Below, piece by piece: positions 46,482 through 57,395 of a stretch of DNA of 64,000 bases. The number at the start of each line of letters is the position of its first letter. Position 1 is the first letter of the stretch. The notes beneath the pieces are model-generated. The model ran no database searches. It saw nothing but the letters and a program-made list of their open reading frames with translations, and was not told where the DNA came from. This DNA is from Thermovirgaceae bacterium (GTDB taxonomy: Bacteria; Synergistota; Synergistia; Synergistales; Thermovirgaceae). The position numbers and the translations under genes were made by a program. The DNA is taken from the NCBI GenBank assembly GCA_040767805.1, contig JAXGNU010000001.1:1-64000 (forward strand), in the 5' to 3' direction.

Positions 46482-47374
46482 GGGAAGTGATCCGGGACGA
46501 TTGGTCGGCCGTCCTGGTTGATGATAGGGTCGAGGCATCCGTGGAGATCAACGGGATCCTTTCCGGCCTCATGATCGGCCGTGACCGGGAAGGGGTTTCC
46601 TTTTCCAGCGGAAGGTTTTTCCTGTTCAGGAAACTAAAAAAACTTTGGGCTATTTCGGATTGGGGCAGGTCGGGCAAAACCCTTAATCTCATGATCCCCG
46701 CCGGCAAAAAGGGCAGGATATCGCTGAGACTCGACAGTGGTAACCTCCTAAAGGACATTTCCTATTACGGGGACCTCCATAGGTTTGAGACCTATTCCTG
46801 GCACTGGCTTAGAGGCCTCTTCGGGTCCTGCGGGTCCCTGTTCTTGCCTAGGACGGGTTATTATATGGCTTTCAGGGTGAGCGAGGCCTGCCAATGGGAT
46901 TCTTCGGAAAAACTGGAAAGGGTTCTTTCTTCGAAGGGCATCTCCTTCAGGAGAAGGCAGAGGCTTAATTATTCCGAGTTCGTACTGCGCGACCAGTCAT
47001 CCATCGTGGGTATGCTTTCCAACATGCTGATGTTCAAGTCTTCCCTTTTTCTCGAAGAGAAGGCGTTGCTTCGGTCCATCAAGGAAAGGGCCAACAAGGT
47101 AGTAAATTGCGATGCCTCCAACATCAGGAAATCCTTGGAATCCGCCCAAAGACAGATCGAGTTGGCGAGAATGCTCCTGGCCAGGGGCGATGTTCTCAAG
47201 TTGCCTGAGAAGTTGCGGGAACTCGTACACGCCAGGTTGGAGAACCCGTCGGCCACGCTCTACGAACTAGGGCAGGCCCTATCAAGACCCGTGAGTAAAA
47301 GCACGGTCAAGTACCGCTGGGGGAAGATAGAACATCTGGCGAATACGCCTTTAAAAAATGAAAAGGGGGGCTGA
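46469..47374 (+). CDS. whiA: DNA-binding protein WhiA
   Basis: LRGLFGSCGSL, NKVVNCDASN, ARLENPSATL..LG..VSKS; follows rapZ-yvcK. Confidence 0.9.
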   Translation: MEKLREVIRDDWSAVLVDDRVEASVEINGILSGLMIGRDREGVSFSSGRFFLFRKLKKLWAISDWGRSGKTLNLMIPAGKKGRISLRLDSGNLLKDISYYGDLHRFETYSWHWLRGLFGSCGSLFLPRTGYYMAFRVSEACQWDSSEKLERVLSSKGISFRRRQRLNYSEFVLRDQSSIVGMLSNMLMFKSSLFLEEKALLRSIKERANKVVNCDASNIRKSLESAQRQIELARMLLARGDVLKLPEKLRELVHARLENPSATLYELGQALSRPVSKSTVKYRWGKIEHLANTPLKNEKGG

Positions 47375-47379
47375 AGGTC

Positions 47380-49332
47380 ATGTACCTGGGAAAGGCTGAT
47401 GTGAACACCTATGAAAAAGGCTCCAGCCGGGAGTTCTTGACTACGAACGGTTGGGGCGGTTATGGTTTTTCGACCGTGATCGGCGCGAATACCCGCCGCG
47501 AACACGGCCTGCTGGTGGTAAAAAAGAGTGGAGAAGAGGCGTTCCCCGATGTCCTCATCAGCAAGGTGGATGAGACCGTTATCAGCAAGGGGAAAAAGTA
47601 CCATCTTTCCACCAATCGTTATACAGATGTAATTTACCCGGATGGCTATCGTTACCTGCAAGAATACCAAGCCGATCCCCTTCCCGGGATGCTCTTCGTG
47701 ATACACAGCGTTTTCCTGCGGAAAACGGTATTCATGCCCAGGGGCCTGTCCTTGACGATCATAAAATATGAACTCCTCACCGCCCCGGAAAGCGTTAAGC
47801 TCGAGATACGGCCCCTTGCCGCCCACAGGGGAGCTGACGGATTGTTTCCCGAAAAGGATGGGTCGGATTTTGAATCCTTTTTTACGGAAAACTCAGTGAC
47901 CATCAGTGGCAGGGGTCATCAGAGCCACTTCTCCTTCAACAAGGGCGAGTGGTATCCCAAGCCCTTATGGTTCGAAAAACTACTCTACGAACACGACGAC
48001 TGCGAAAAACCGGGAACGGACAGCCTGTGGTCCCCGGGATTCCTTTCCATCGACATGAACGAAGGGGAAACAGCATACGTCATCCTGGGATCCGAGAACG
48101 TGCACTATGACCATGGATCGGTGGCGGCCATGGAGAAGGAAACTCGGCTTCTTTTCCAGGAAAACCTCGTGGGGAGCCCGCTGGTAAGAAAGACTCCCAT
48201 GGTGAAGGAACTCCTTAATTCCGCGTCCCATTGCCTTTCCCAGATGGACGGGAAGCGTCCGGCGGTTTTCTCCGGCTATCCTTCCGTAAGGGAGACCGCC
48301 AGGGAGACCTTTATTTCCCTTCCCGGCCTTTTGCTGGTGACGGGCAAGACCGACTTCGCCGAGGGAGTCCTGAAGGTCTGGCTGGAGAGGGCCGTCATGA
48401 ATGACCATGTGATGCCCTCGGAAGTAAACCCTCACACGGGGTCGCTCGTGACCAGGGCCTGTGACGCGGGGTTATGGTTCTTTTACGCCCTGGACAAGCT
48501 CTGCGACCGGACCGGACGTACGAACCTGGTCATGGAGAATTGGACCCACCTTACGGGGCTCATTGAGAGGTACATCGAGGGAATCCCCGCCATCGGGATA
48601 AAGCTCGACAAGGACGGTTTGCTCGACCTTAGATCGGATGACCCGGGGAGCAACTGGATGGATGGGGAAATCGACGGGAGGCCCATCGTCGAGAGAAGGG
48701 GCAAGCTGGTCGAGGTGAATGCCCTTTGGTACAACGCGCTGAGGACGATGGAGCAGTACTCGGAGATCCTCGGCCGAGAGAAGGAGCGCGAGGAATTCGG
48801 CTCCCGGGCAGAACTATCCAGAAAAAGCTTCCAGGATAAATTCTGGTGCGACAAGGGCTACCTTTACGACTGGGTGGAGGGCAAGCACAGGGATGAATCG
48901 GTACGGTGCAACCAGATCCTTGCCGTTTCTCTCCCGGCCTCGGTCATGGACCCCGAAAGGGGAAGGTCGATCGTTGAAACCTGCTGGAACGAACTTTACA
49001 CCACCTTCGGCCTCAGGACCCTCGACCCTCACCATGAAAAGTACAAGGGACGCTGCGAGGGGCGGATAGACCAGAGGGAAAAGGCCCGGTTCATGGGGAT
49101 GGCCTGGCCCTGGCTTTTGGGCCAGTTCATTACAGCCTATCTTAGGTACAACCCGGAAAGGAAGGATATCGGGTGGTGCTTCCTCCGCCCCTTCCTCTCT
49201 CACCTGAGGAAAGGATGCCTCGGCGGGGTGGCGGAGATCTTTGACGGCAGCATGCCCTACAAACCCCATGGCGATGCCCTTTATTCGCCAAGCATCGCGG
49301 AACTGCTGAGGGTCATAGGGGAGGACATGTGA
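47380..49332 (+). CDS. amylo-alpha-1,6-glucosidase / archaeal-type glycogen debranching enzyme family protein
   Basis: EFLTTNGWGGY, TRREHGLL, NWMD, GKLVEVNALWYNAL, GLRTL, WPWL, EIFDG. Confidence 0.85.
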   Translation: MYLGKADVNTYEKGSSREFLTTNGWGGYGFSTVIGANTRREHGLLVVKKSGEEAFPDVLISKVDETVISKGKKYHLSTNRYTDVIYPDGYRYLQEYQADPLPGMLFVIHSVFLRKTVFMPRGLSLTIIKYELLTAPESVKLEIRPLAAHRGADGLFPEKDGSDFESFFTENSVTISGRGHQSHFSFNKGEWYPKPLWFEKLLYEHDDCEKPGTDSLWSPGFLSIDMNEGETAYVILGSENVHYDHGSVAAMEKETRLLFQENLVGSPLVRKTPMVKELLNSASHCLSQMDGKRPAVFSGYPSVRETARETFISLPGLLLVTGKTDFAEGVLKVWLERAVMNDHVMPSEVNPHTGSLVTRACDAGLWFFYALDKLCDRTGRTNLVMENWTHLTGLIERYIEGIPAIGIKLDKDGLLDLRSDDPGSNWMDGEIDGRPIVERRGKLVEVNALWYNALRTMEQYSEILGREKEREEFGSRAELSRKSFQDKFWCDKGYLYDWVEGKHRDESVRCNQILAVSLPASVMDPERGRSIVETCWNELYTTFGLRTLDPHHEKYKGRCEGRIDQREKARFMGMAWPWLLGQFITAYLRYNPERKDIGWCFLRPFLSHLRKGCLGGVAEIFDGSMPYKPHGDALYSPSIAELLRVIGEDM

Positions 49333-49422
49333 GGACCTTTGCCCTGCCTTCAATTCCCGGTCTTGTTATCAAGGTTCCTTTACTGGTACGGAATAGAAAA
49401 AATAATAAAGGAGGCGCTGGAA

Positions 49423-50439
49423 ATGATAAAAAAACGTGTTGCTATTAATGGTTTCGGGAGGATCGGGCGGCTGGCCCTCAGGGCCCTTTTCGATCAGCAA
49501 GAGGACGTTCTTTTCGATATAGTGGCCACGAACAGTCGAACCACGGCGGAGCAGAGGGCTTACCTATTCAAGTATGATTCCGTCCATAGGCGTTTTCCCG
49601 GCGATGTCTCCGCCCGGGGTGATTCACTCCTGATAAACGGGAAGTCCGTCCAGGTCCTGGCGGAACCGGAAGTGGAAAACCTGCCCTGGAAGGACCTGGG
49701 GATAGACCTCGTAATAGAATCTTCCGGCAAGTATACCGACGCCGTCAAAGCCGCCAAGCACCTTGAAGCCGGCGCCAGGAAGGTCCTCATCACCGCCCCC
49801 GCCAAGAACGAGGACGCAACGATCGTCATGGGCGTGAACGAGGGAATCTACGAACCCGGCAAGCATAACGTGGTCTCCAACGCCTCCTGTACGACTAACT
49901 GCCTCGCCCCGGTGGTCAAGGTCCTCCACGAGGCCTTCGGCATAGAAAAGGGGCTCATGACCACCACCCACGCCTATACGAATGACCAGAAAACCCTCGA
50001 TGCCTCCCACAAGAACCTCCACAGGGGGAGGGCGGCCGCCCTATCGATGATCCCCACCACGACGGGAGCCGCTTCCGCGATCGGGAAGGTTTACCCGGCG
50101 GTGGCGGGCAAGATGAACGGCTTGGCCGTCAGGGTCCCGACGCCCGACGTCTCCCTCGTCGACCTCGTGACGGTACTATCCAGGGAAGTGACCTCCGAGG
50201 AGGTCAACGCCGCCTTCCGCGAAACGGCGGAAGGACCGATGCAACGCTACCTTGGCTACGAAGAAGAGGACATCGTCTCCGTCGACGTCACGGGAGACAG
50301 CCGCTCCTCCCTGTTCGCGGCGAGGCATACCATGGCCCTGGGGAACCTGGTCAAGACCCTTTCGTGGTATGACAACGAATGGGGATACGCCTGCCGTGTC
50401 ATAGACCTCGTCAATTACATGCTTTCAAGGGAATCCTGA
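49423..50439 (+). CDS. gap: type I glyceraldehyde-3-phosphate dehydrogenase
   Basis: INGFGRIGR, NASCTTNC, WYDNEWG; ATG after SD AGGAGG. Confidence 0.97.
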   Translation: MIKKRVAINGFGRIGRLALRALFDQQEDVLFDIVATNSRTTAEQRAYLFKYDSVHRRFPGDVSARGDSLLINGKSVQVLAEPEVENLPWKDLGIDLVIESSGKYTDAVKAAKHLEAGARKVLITAPAKNEDATIVMGVNEGIYEPGKHNVVSNASCTTNCLAPVVKVLHEAFGIEKGLMTTTHAYTNDQKTLDASHKNLHRGRAAALSMIPTTTGAASAIGKVYPAVAGKMNGLAVRVPTPDVSLVDLVTVLSREVTSEEVNAAFRETAEGPMQRYLGYEEEDIVSVDVTGDSRSSLFAARHTMALGNLVKTLSWYDNEWGYACRVIDLVNYMLSRES

Positions 50440-50444
50440 CGGTC

Positions 50445-51635
50445 ATGAGGTTGAAAACCATCGAGGGCTGCTCCTTTAGGGGGAAGAACGTCCTCGTCCG
50501 AGTGGATTTCAATGTGCCCATGAAAAGCGGCAAGGTCACCGATGATACCAGGATAAAGGCCCACCTCGACACTTTGGGTATCCTCAGGCGGGGTGGGGCA
50601 AGGGTCGCCCTTGCCTCCCACCTGGGAAGGCCGAAGGGGAAAGTCGCGACCGACCTTTCCCTTTTTCCCGTCTCCCAGGCCCTGGGGGGATTGCTGGGCT
50701 GCGAGGTCCCCTTTTGCGGGGACTGCGTGGGGGAGAGGGTCTCGGCAAAGGTCGGGGCGATGAGCGATGGCGGTGTCTGCCTCCTGGAGAACTTGAGGTT
50801 CTACCCCGGGGAAGAGGCGGATGATCCTGCCTTCGCGGAGGAGTTGGCCGATCCCTTCGACCTTTTCGTCATGGACGCCTTCAGCGCCGCCCACAGGGCT
50901 CATGCCTCCACGGTGGGTGTGACCAGGTTCCTGCCCTCCTGCGCGGGGAAGCTGATGGAAAGGGAAGTTGCCGTCCTCTCCAGGATCATGGAGGAACCCA
51001 AAAAACCCATGGTGATAATCCTGGGGGGAGCGAAGGTCTCCGACAAGATCGGCTTCATCAAGAGCATGCTTGAAAAGGGCGATGTAATGCTGGTCGGGGG
51101 AGCCATGGCCTTCCCCTTCCTTAAAGCCTCGGGTAAATCTATAGGGGGTTCCTTTTGCGAGGAAGGTACCGAAGCCATAGCGGCGGAGATCCTAGAAACT
51201 GCCAAAAAGACATGTACTAAGATCGTCCTTCCCGTTGACTTTCTCACACCCGGGGGAAAAGGAGACGGCGGCGGAACCGAAGTGGTCAGGTCAGACTCGA
51301 TCCCGGAGGGTTCGAAGGGGCTCGATATAGGACCGGAGACGGTGGCCCTTTTTTTCGACGAGATCCAAAAGGCTGGGACGATCCTCTGGAATGGCCCCCT
51401 CGGCCTTTTCGAGAGGAAACCCTTCGGGGAGGGGACGAGGCTGGTCGGTCTCTCTGTCGCCGATAAGACCGCCGAGGGCGCCGTCTCCGTTCTCGGGGGA
51501 GGGGATACCGCCGCGGCCGCCAACATGTTGGGGTTTGCCCAGGGGATAAGCCACATTTCAACCGGTGGTGGAGCGACCCTCGAATTCTTCGAGAAAAAGG
51601 GGCTTCCGGGCATAACGCCCCTTCTCATGCCATAG
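50445..51635 (+). CDS. pgk: phosphoglycerate kinase
   Basis: RVDFNVP, SHLGRP, LENLRF, GGAKVSDK, WNGP, GGGDT, STGGGA. Confidence 0.97.
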   Translation: MRLKTIEGCSFRGKNVLVRVDFNVPMKSGKVTDDTRIKAHLDTLGILRRGGARVALASHLGRPKGKVATDLSLFPVSQALGGLLGCEVPFCGDCVGERVSAKVGAMSDGGVCLLENLRFYPGEEADDPAFAEELADPFDLFVMDAFSAAHRAHASTVGVTRFLPSCAGKLMEREVAVLSRIMEEPKKPMVIILGGAKVSDKIGFIKSMLEKGDVMLVGGAMAFPFLKASGKSIGGSFCEEGTEAIAAEILETAKKTCTKIVLPVDFLTPGGKGDGGGTEVVRSDSIPEGSKGLDIGPETVALFFDEIQKAGTILWNGPLGLFERKPFGEGTRLVGLSVADKTAEGAVSVLGGGDTAAAANMLGFAQGISHISTGGGATLEFFEKKGLPGITPLLMP

Positions 51636-51663
51636 AATGCCCGGAGAATGGGGTGGGGCGCCT

Positions 51664-52488
51664 TTGAAAAGGGGAAAGATCATCGCCGGGAACTGGAAGA
51701 TGAACAAGGGAGCGGCCGAGTCGCTGGCCTTCCTCGGGGATCTGGCGGCCCTGCTGGAAGAGGTGAAGGGGTTCGATTCGCTGGTCCCGGATCCTGTCGA
51801 CCTGGTCTTGTTCCCCCAGGCGATCAATTTGCAGTCAATGGGGGAGTACCTCAGGCAATGCAAAATAGGAATCAAACTAGGCATACAAAATATTCATTGG
51901 TCCTTATCCGGGGCCTTCACAGGGGAGAACTCCATCACCAGTGCCCTGGAGGCCGGGGCGTCCTTCGCCCTCGTAGGTCACAGCGAGAGAAGGCATCTTT
52001 TCGCTGAAGACGATGGCCTGGTCGCGAAAAAATTTTTCTCCTGCCTCGAGAACGGACTTGAACCGGTACTTTGCGTCGGCGAAACCCAAACTCAAAGGAA
52101 TGAGGGTTCGACCGAAAAGGTGATCGAAGGCCAGGTAAAGGCTGTTTTTGCCCGCCTAAAGAAAGGTTTTGGGGAAAGAGAAAGGCTTTTTATCGCTTAC
52201 GAGCCGGTCTGGGCCATCGGCACGGGGCTGAACGCCTCGGCGGGGGACGCCCAGGAATGTTGCCGTTTCATCCGGACCCTTTTGTCCGAGCTCGGCGGCC
52301 CCAATTTGGCGGCTCGATCCATCGTTGCTTACGGCGGTAGCGTTAAAAGCTCCAATTCCAAGGGCTACCTCGACCAGGAGGACGTGGATGGGCTCCTCGT
52401 TGGAGGGGCGTCCCTGGACCCCCGGGAGTTTTACGGGATAATCCTCTCCGCCTTTCAGAGGGTCGAGGACTCCCGGGCCGAGAGTTGA
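51664..52488 (+). CDS. tpiA: triosephosphate isomerase
   Basis: AGNWKMN, GHSERR, AYEPVWAIGTG, YGGSV, VGGASL. Confidence 0.97.
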   Translation: MKRGKIIAGNWKMNKGAAESLAFLGDLAALLEEVKGFDSLVPDPVDLVLFPQAINLQSMGEYLRQCKIGIKLGIQNIHWSLSGAFTGENSITSALEAGASFALVGHSERRHLFAEDDGLVAKKFFSCLENGLEPVLCVGETQTQRNEGSTEKVIEGQVKAVFARLKKGFGERERLFIAYEPVWAIGTGLNASAGDAQECCRFIRTLLSELGGPNLAARSIVAYGGSVKSSNSKGYLDQEDVDGLLVGGASLDPREFYGIILSAFQRVEDSRAES

Positions 52489-52531
52489 TAATGCAACATA
52501 AGATATATTATAAGACATGGTGGTTTAGCTT

Positions 52532-52555
52532 ATAAGGCCCCTTCCGGGGCCTTAT
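52532..52555. terminator. probable bidirectional terminator between convergent tpiA and rsfS
   Basis: ATAAGGCCCC-TTCC-GGGGCCTTAT stem with AT-rich flanks. Confidence 0.7.
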
Positions 52556-52597
52556 TTCATGATCAAAAGGACGGATTCCTCCTGGGAGTCTCGCTCT

Positions 52598-52945
52598 TTA
52601 ATCACCGACCAGGGTCATTTCCGCGCCGGCCCAAATGCTCTCGAGCCTGTAAAAATCCCTTCCTTCCCGGCTGAAGATGTTTATTACGACGTTGCCCGCA
52701 TCGAGGAGGATCCATTTCGGGCTGTATTCCCCCTCGACCCTGTAGGGTCTCTCCATCCTGTCCATGGTCTCGGTTAGGTTATCGAGAAGCGTTTTCATGT
52801 GGACATCCGAGTTACCCGTGGCGAGTATGAAAGCGTCGGCGAAGGATGATTCCCTTGAAACATCGATGATGGTTATGTCTTCGGCCAGTTTATCCTGCAG
52901 GGCCTCGATGAGTGGGCTGACGGTGTCGTCCGGTAGCAAAGGCAC
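52598..52945 (-). CDS. rsfS: ribosome silencing factor
   Basis: DKLAEDI, ATGNS, WILLDAG, RDFYRLESIW. Confidence 0.93.
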   Translation of the reverse strand: MPLLPDDTVSPLIEALQDKLAEDITIIDVSRESSFADAFILATGNSDVHMKTLLDNLTETMDRMERPYRVEGEYSPKWILLDAGNVVINIFSREGRDFYRLESIWAGAEMTLVGD

Positions 52946-52966
52946 TCCCCCTTTTTAAAAAATTAA

Positions 52967-54235
52967 TTATTGATTTCTTGCCAGTTCGATCCTTTTGAAG
53001 ATATCTGTGTAATCATGACCCATGATCATTGTAACATTTCGTACCGAAGGGTCTTTCCGCACGAGGTTTTCAGCGATACCGAAAAGCCGGCCCAGCGACC
53101 GAGCGGCGTTTTCCGTTTCTTCCCCGGGTGGATAGAGAAGGTTGCTGTATTTGTAATCGTAATGCTTGGCGTTCCCGATATGGGCCACGTCGATCCCCAG
53201 GTTCTGAAGCCGCGTGGCCGTTTCCTTGCCTATGCCGCCGATACCCGACCCGTTCAGTACCGAAAGGCTGACCCTTATGGAGGCCAAGGTGTCCTTCAGG
53301 TCCAAGGCGGCGGCACTCTCCGGTTCATCGGGTCCCTCCTCCTCTATTATGCTCTCTTGGGGCTCCCCGGGTTTTTCCGTAAGGATCTCCGAGAGGTCGC
53401 CCAGTTCCCCCAACCAGTAGCTGACACCGGAAATGTAGGCCGCTTTTCCCGGCAGGGTCCGAAAAACGACCCGTGACGGGTCGAGGTCCTTCAGGTACGA
53501 GGCGAGCTGGATCGCCTGCGAAAGGGTCAGGTCCGTCTTGACGAGGCGGATCGCCTGGCGTATCAACTCGGGTATCTTGGTTATCATCGCCGGGTCCTTG
53601 ATCTTGTGGAAAACCGTCATCATGAAGACCTGCTGCCTTTCCACCCTACCGATATCGCCGAGGGCGTCATGGCGGAACCTGACGAAACCCAGGGCGGTTT
53701 TCCCATCCATGTGCTGCTCCCCCGCCGGTATGTCAATGTGGACCCCTCCCGCCCTGTCGGTGTACCTCAACCTCTTGGGGACGTTGATCGTCACACCGCC
53801 GATAAGGTCGACCAGTTCCGGGAAGTTCTGGAGGTTGACGATAACATGGTACGGGATGGGCACACCCAGGTAATTCACCAGGGTTGTCTTCAGAAGATCC
53901 ACTCCACCATAAACGTAGGCATGGTTCAGTTTTTGCCAGCCTCGGCCCGGGATCTGTACCCTCGTGTCCCTGGGGAGCGATAGGAGCCGTACAACCTTGT
54001 CGTCGATATCGATTGACACGAAGGCGATGGAATCGGGCCGGTTTACATCTTCGCCGGGGACTTTGTCGAGCCCCAGCAGCAGGATATTGATCCTACCGGT
54101 CTCTTCGTCATGTTCTATTCTTTCCCGGATGGTTTCCGGCTCAGGGTTGAAAAAGAAGAAAGCTTTCAAGCCTATTCCCGCCGCCAGCGACAGAACGGCG
54201 GTCAGGGCCAGGAGGAAAACATGCCTTTTTGACAA
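52967..54235 (-). CDS. LCP family phosphotransferase with C-terminal LytR_C domain
   Basis: N-terminal TM, NILLLGLD, RPDS, SLPRDT, FVRFRH, GDIGRVERQQ; VLNGSG...GHDY. Confidence 0.9.
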   Translation of the reverse strand: MSKRHVFLLALTAVLSLAAGIGLKAFFFFNPEPETIRERIEHDEETGRINILLLGLDKVPGEDVNRPDSIAFVSIDIDDKVVRLLSLPRDTRVQIPGRGWQKLNHAYVYGGVDLLKTTLVNYLGVPIPYHVIVNLQNFPELVDLIGGVTINVPKRLRYTDRAGGVHIDIPAGEQHMDGKTALGFVRFRHDALGDIGRVERQQVFMMTVFHKIKDPAMITKIPELIRQAIRLVKTDLTLSQAIQLASYLKDLDPSRVVFRTLPGKAAYISGVSYWLGELGDLSEILTEKPGEPQESIIEEEGPDEPESAAALDLKDTLASIRVSLSVLNGSGIGGIGKETATRLQNLGIDVAHIGNAKHYDYKYSNLLYPPGEETENAARSLGRLFGIAENLVRKDPSVRNVTMIMGHDYTDIFKRIELARNQ

Positions 54236-54242
54236 TTATCCT

Positions 54243-56272
<2,030 letters not shown>

Positions 56273-56306
56273 TCAGGCCCTCCAGCGTTTCGATCAGGCA
56301 GGAGCA

Positions 56307-56588
56307 TCAGGCTGTCACTGGTTCAATGGTCACGTACTTTCTCCCGGCCTTGGTCTGGAAACGCACGGTGCCTTCGGAAAGGGCGAAAAGAGTATCATCC
56401 TTACCCTTTCCCACGTTCGCCCCGGGATGGATCCTGGTGCCTCTTTGCCGGACGATGACGCTGCCAGCGGTGACAACCTGCCCGTCGCCTCGCTTCACGC
56501 CGAGCCTCTTGCTGGCACTGTCCCTGCCGTTGGTGCTGCTGCCCTGTCCTTTTTTATGGGCGAACAGTTGAAGATCCAAAGTCCTCAT
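56307..56588 (-). CDS. rpmA: 50S ribosomal protein L27 with cleavable N-terminal extension
   Basis: [24 protein letters not shown]. Confidence 0.97.
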   Translation of the reverse strand: MRTLDLQLFAHKKGQGSSTNGRDSASKRLGVKRGDGQVVTAGSVIVRQRGTRIHPGANVGKGKDDTLFALSEGTVRFQTKAGRKYVTIEPVTA

Positions 56589-56913
56589 CCACTTCCACCT
56601 CCGTGTACCTCACATAAGAAGGGTAATTTTGTTCCACCGATCTCAGCATCTTCACGATCGTCTCCGACAGGAACCTGGCCCTAGGATCATCGGACCCTCG
56701 CCAGGAAAGGCTCATAAAGCCCTGCTCCTTGTCAACCCTTGACGAGACCGTCCCCATACCCAGAATCCCCGTAAGGCCCGTCTCCAAGGTCTGTGCCAAG
56801 GTCGACAGGGCCGCGCAGACGATGTCGCTGCCGCTTTCGGCATAGCCCGTATGGCCCGCTATTTCCAGTCCGCAAAGGGTCCCTTTTCTCCGGAAGGACT
56901 TTATCTCGGTCAT
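56554..56913 (-). CDS. prp: ribosomal-processing cysteine protease Prp
   Basis: [15 protein letters not shown]; lies between rplU and rpmA; start moved to ATG 56913. Confidence 0.92.
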   Translation of the reverse strand: MTEIKSFRRKGTLCGLEIAGHTGYAESGSDIVCAALSTLAQTLETGLTGILGMGTVSSRVDKEQGFMSLSWRGSDDPRARFLSETIVKMLRSVEQNYPSYVRYTEVEVDEDFGSSTVRP

Positions 56914-56920
56914 TTCAAGA

Positions 56921-57235
56921 CTAAAAGGCAATGGATTCGATTCTGACTGAGGAAAAAGGCTGCCTGTGTCCCATGGTCCTCCTGGACGACCGGGATTTGT
57001 TCTTGTACTTGAAGACCGTAATCTTTTTGGCCTTCCCCTGTTCCAGTACCCTTCCCTTGACGACGGCGCCGGGAACGACCGGCTCGCCAACGGAGACCTC
57101 CGTGTCAGTCGCCACGAGTAGAACCCTTGGGAAATCGACCTCCGCCCCTTCGGGAGCGTTGATCCTCTCGACCCTTATGGTATCTCCGGGGGATACGCGG
57201 TACTGCTTCCCCCCTGTCTCGATAACGGCGTACAT
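56921..57235 (-). CDS. rplU: 50S ribosomal protein L21
   Basis: MYAVIETGGKQY, GHRQ. Confidence 0.97.
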   Translation of the reverse strand: MYAVIETGGKQYRVSPGDTIRVERINAPEGAEVDFPRVLLVATDTEVSVGEPVVPGAVVKGRVLEQGKAKKITVFKYKNKSRSSRRTMGHRQPFSSVRIESIAF

Positions 57236-57250
57236 CCTCTTTACTCCTCC

Positions 57251-57303
57251 TCACGCCGATGAACCGGGTGGCCCGAAGGGCTCTTGATACCCGTCCCGAG
57301 CGA
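57251..57303 (-). ncRNA. putative L21 leader-like structured 5' UTR
   Basis: Minus strand TCGCTCGGGAC-GGGT-ATCAAGA-GCCC/GGGC-C-ACCC-GGTTCATC-GGCG nested stems just upstream of the rplU SD. Confidence 0.55.
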
Positions 57304-57367
57304 AGATTGAAAAGACAGGGAAGGGAGCCCTCCCAGCCCTTTCACCGGTCAGTACGACCAAATAGAA

Positions 57368-57376
57368 ATTATAACA
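57368..57376 (-). promoter_or_regulatory. extended -10 promoter of the rplU operon
   Basis: TGtTATAAT on the minus strand within an AT-rich tract. Confidence 0.7.
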
Positions 57377-57395
57377 TAAATACTTTTGTTTCAGT

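Noticed and set aside
46469..47374. LAGLIDADG-like segment as a homing endonuclease or intein
   Set aside because: It is the domesticated domain of WhiA in its usual rapZ-yvcK-whiA context.
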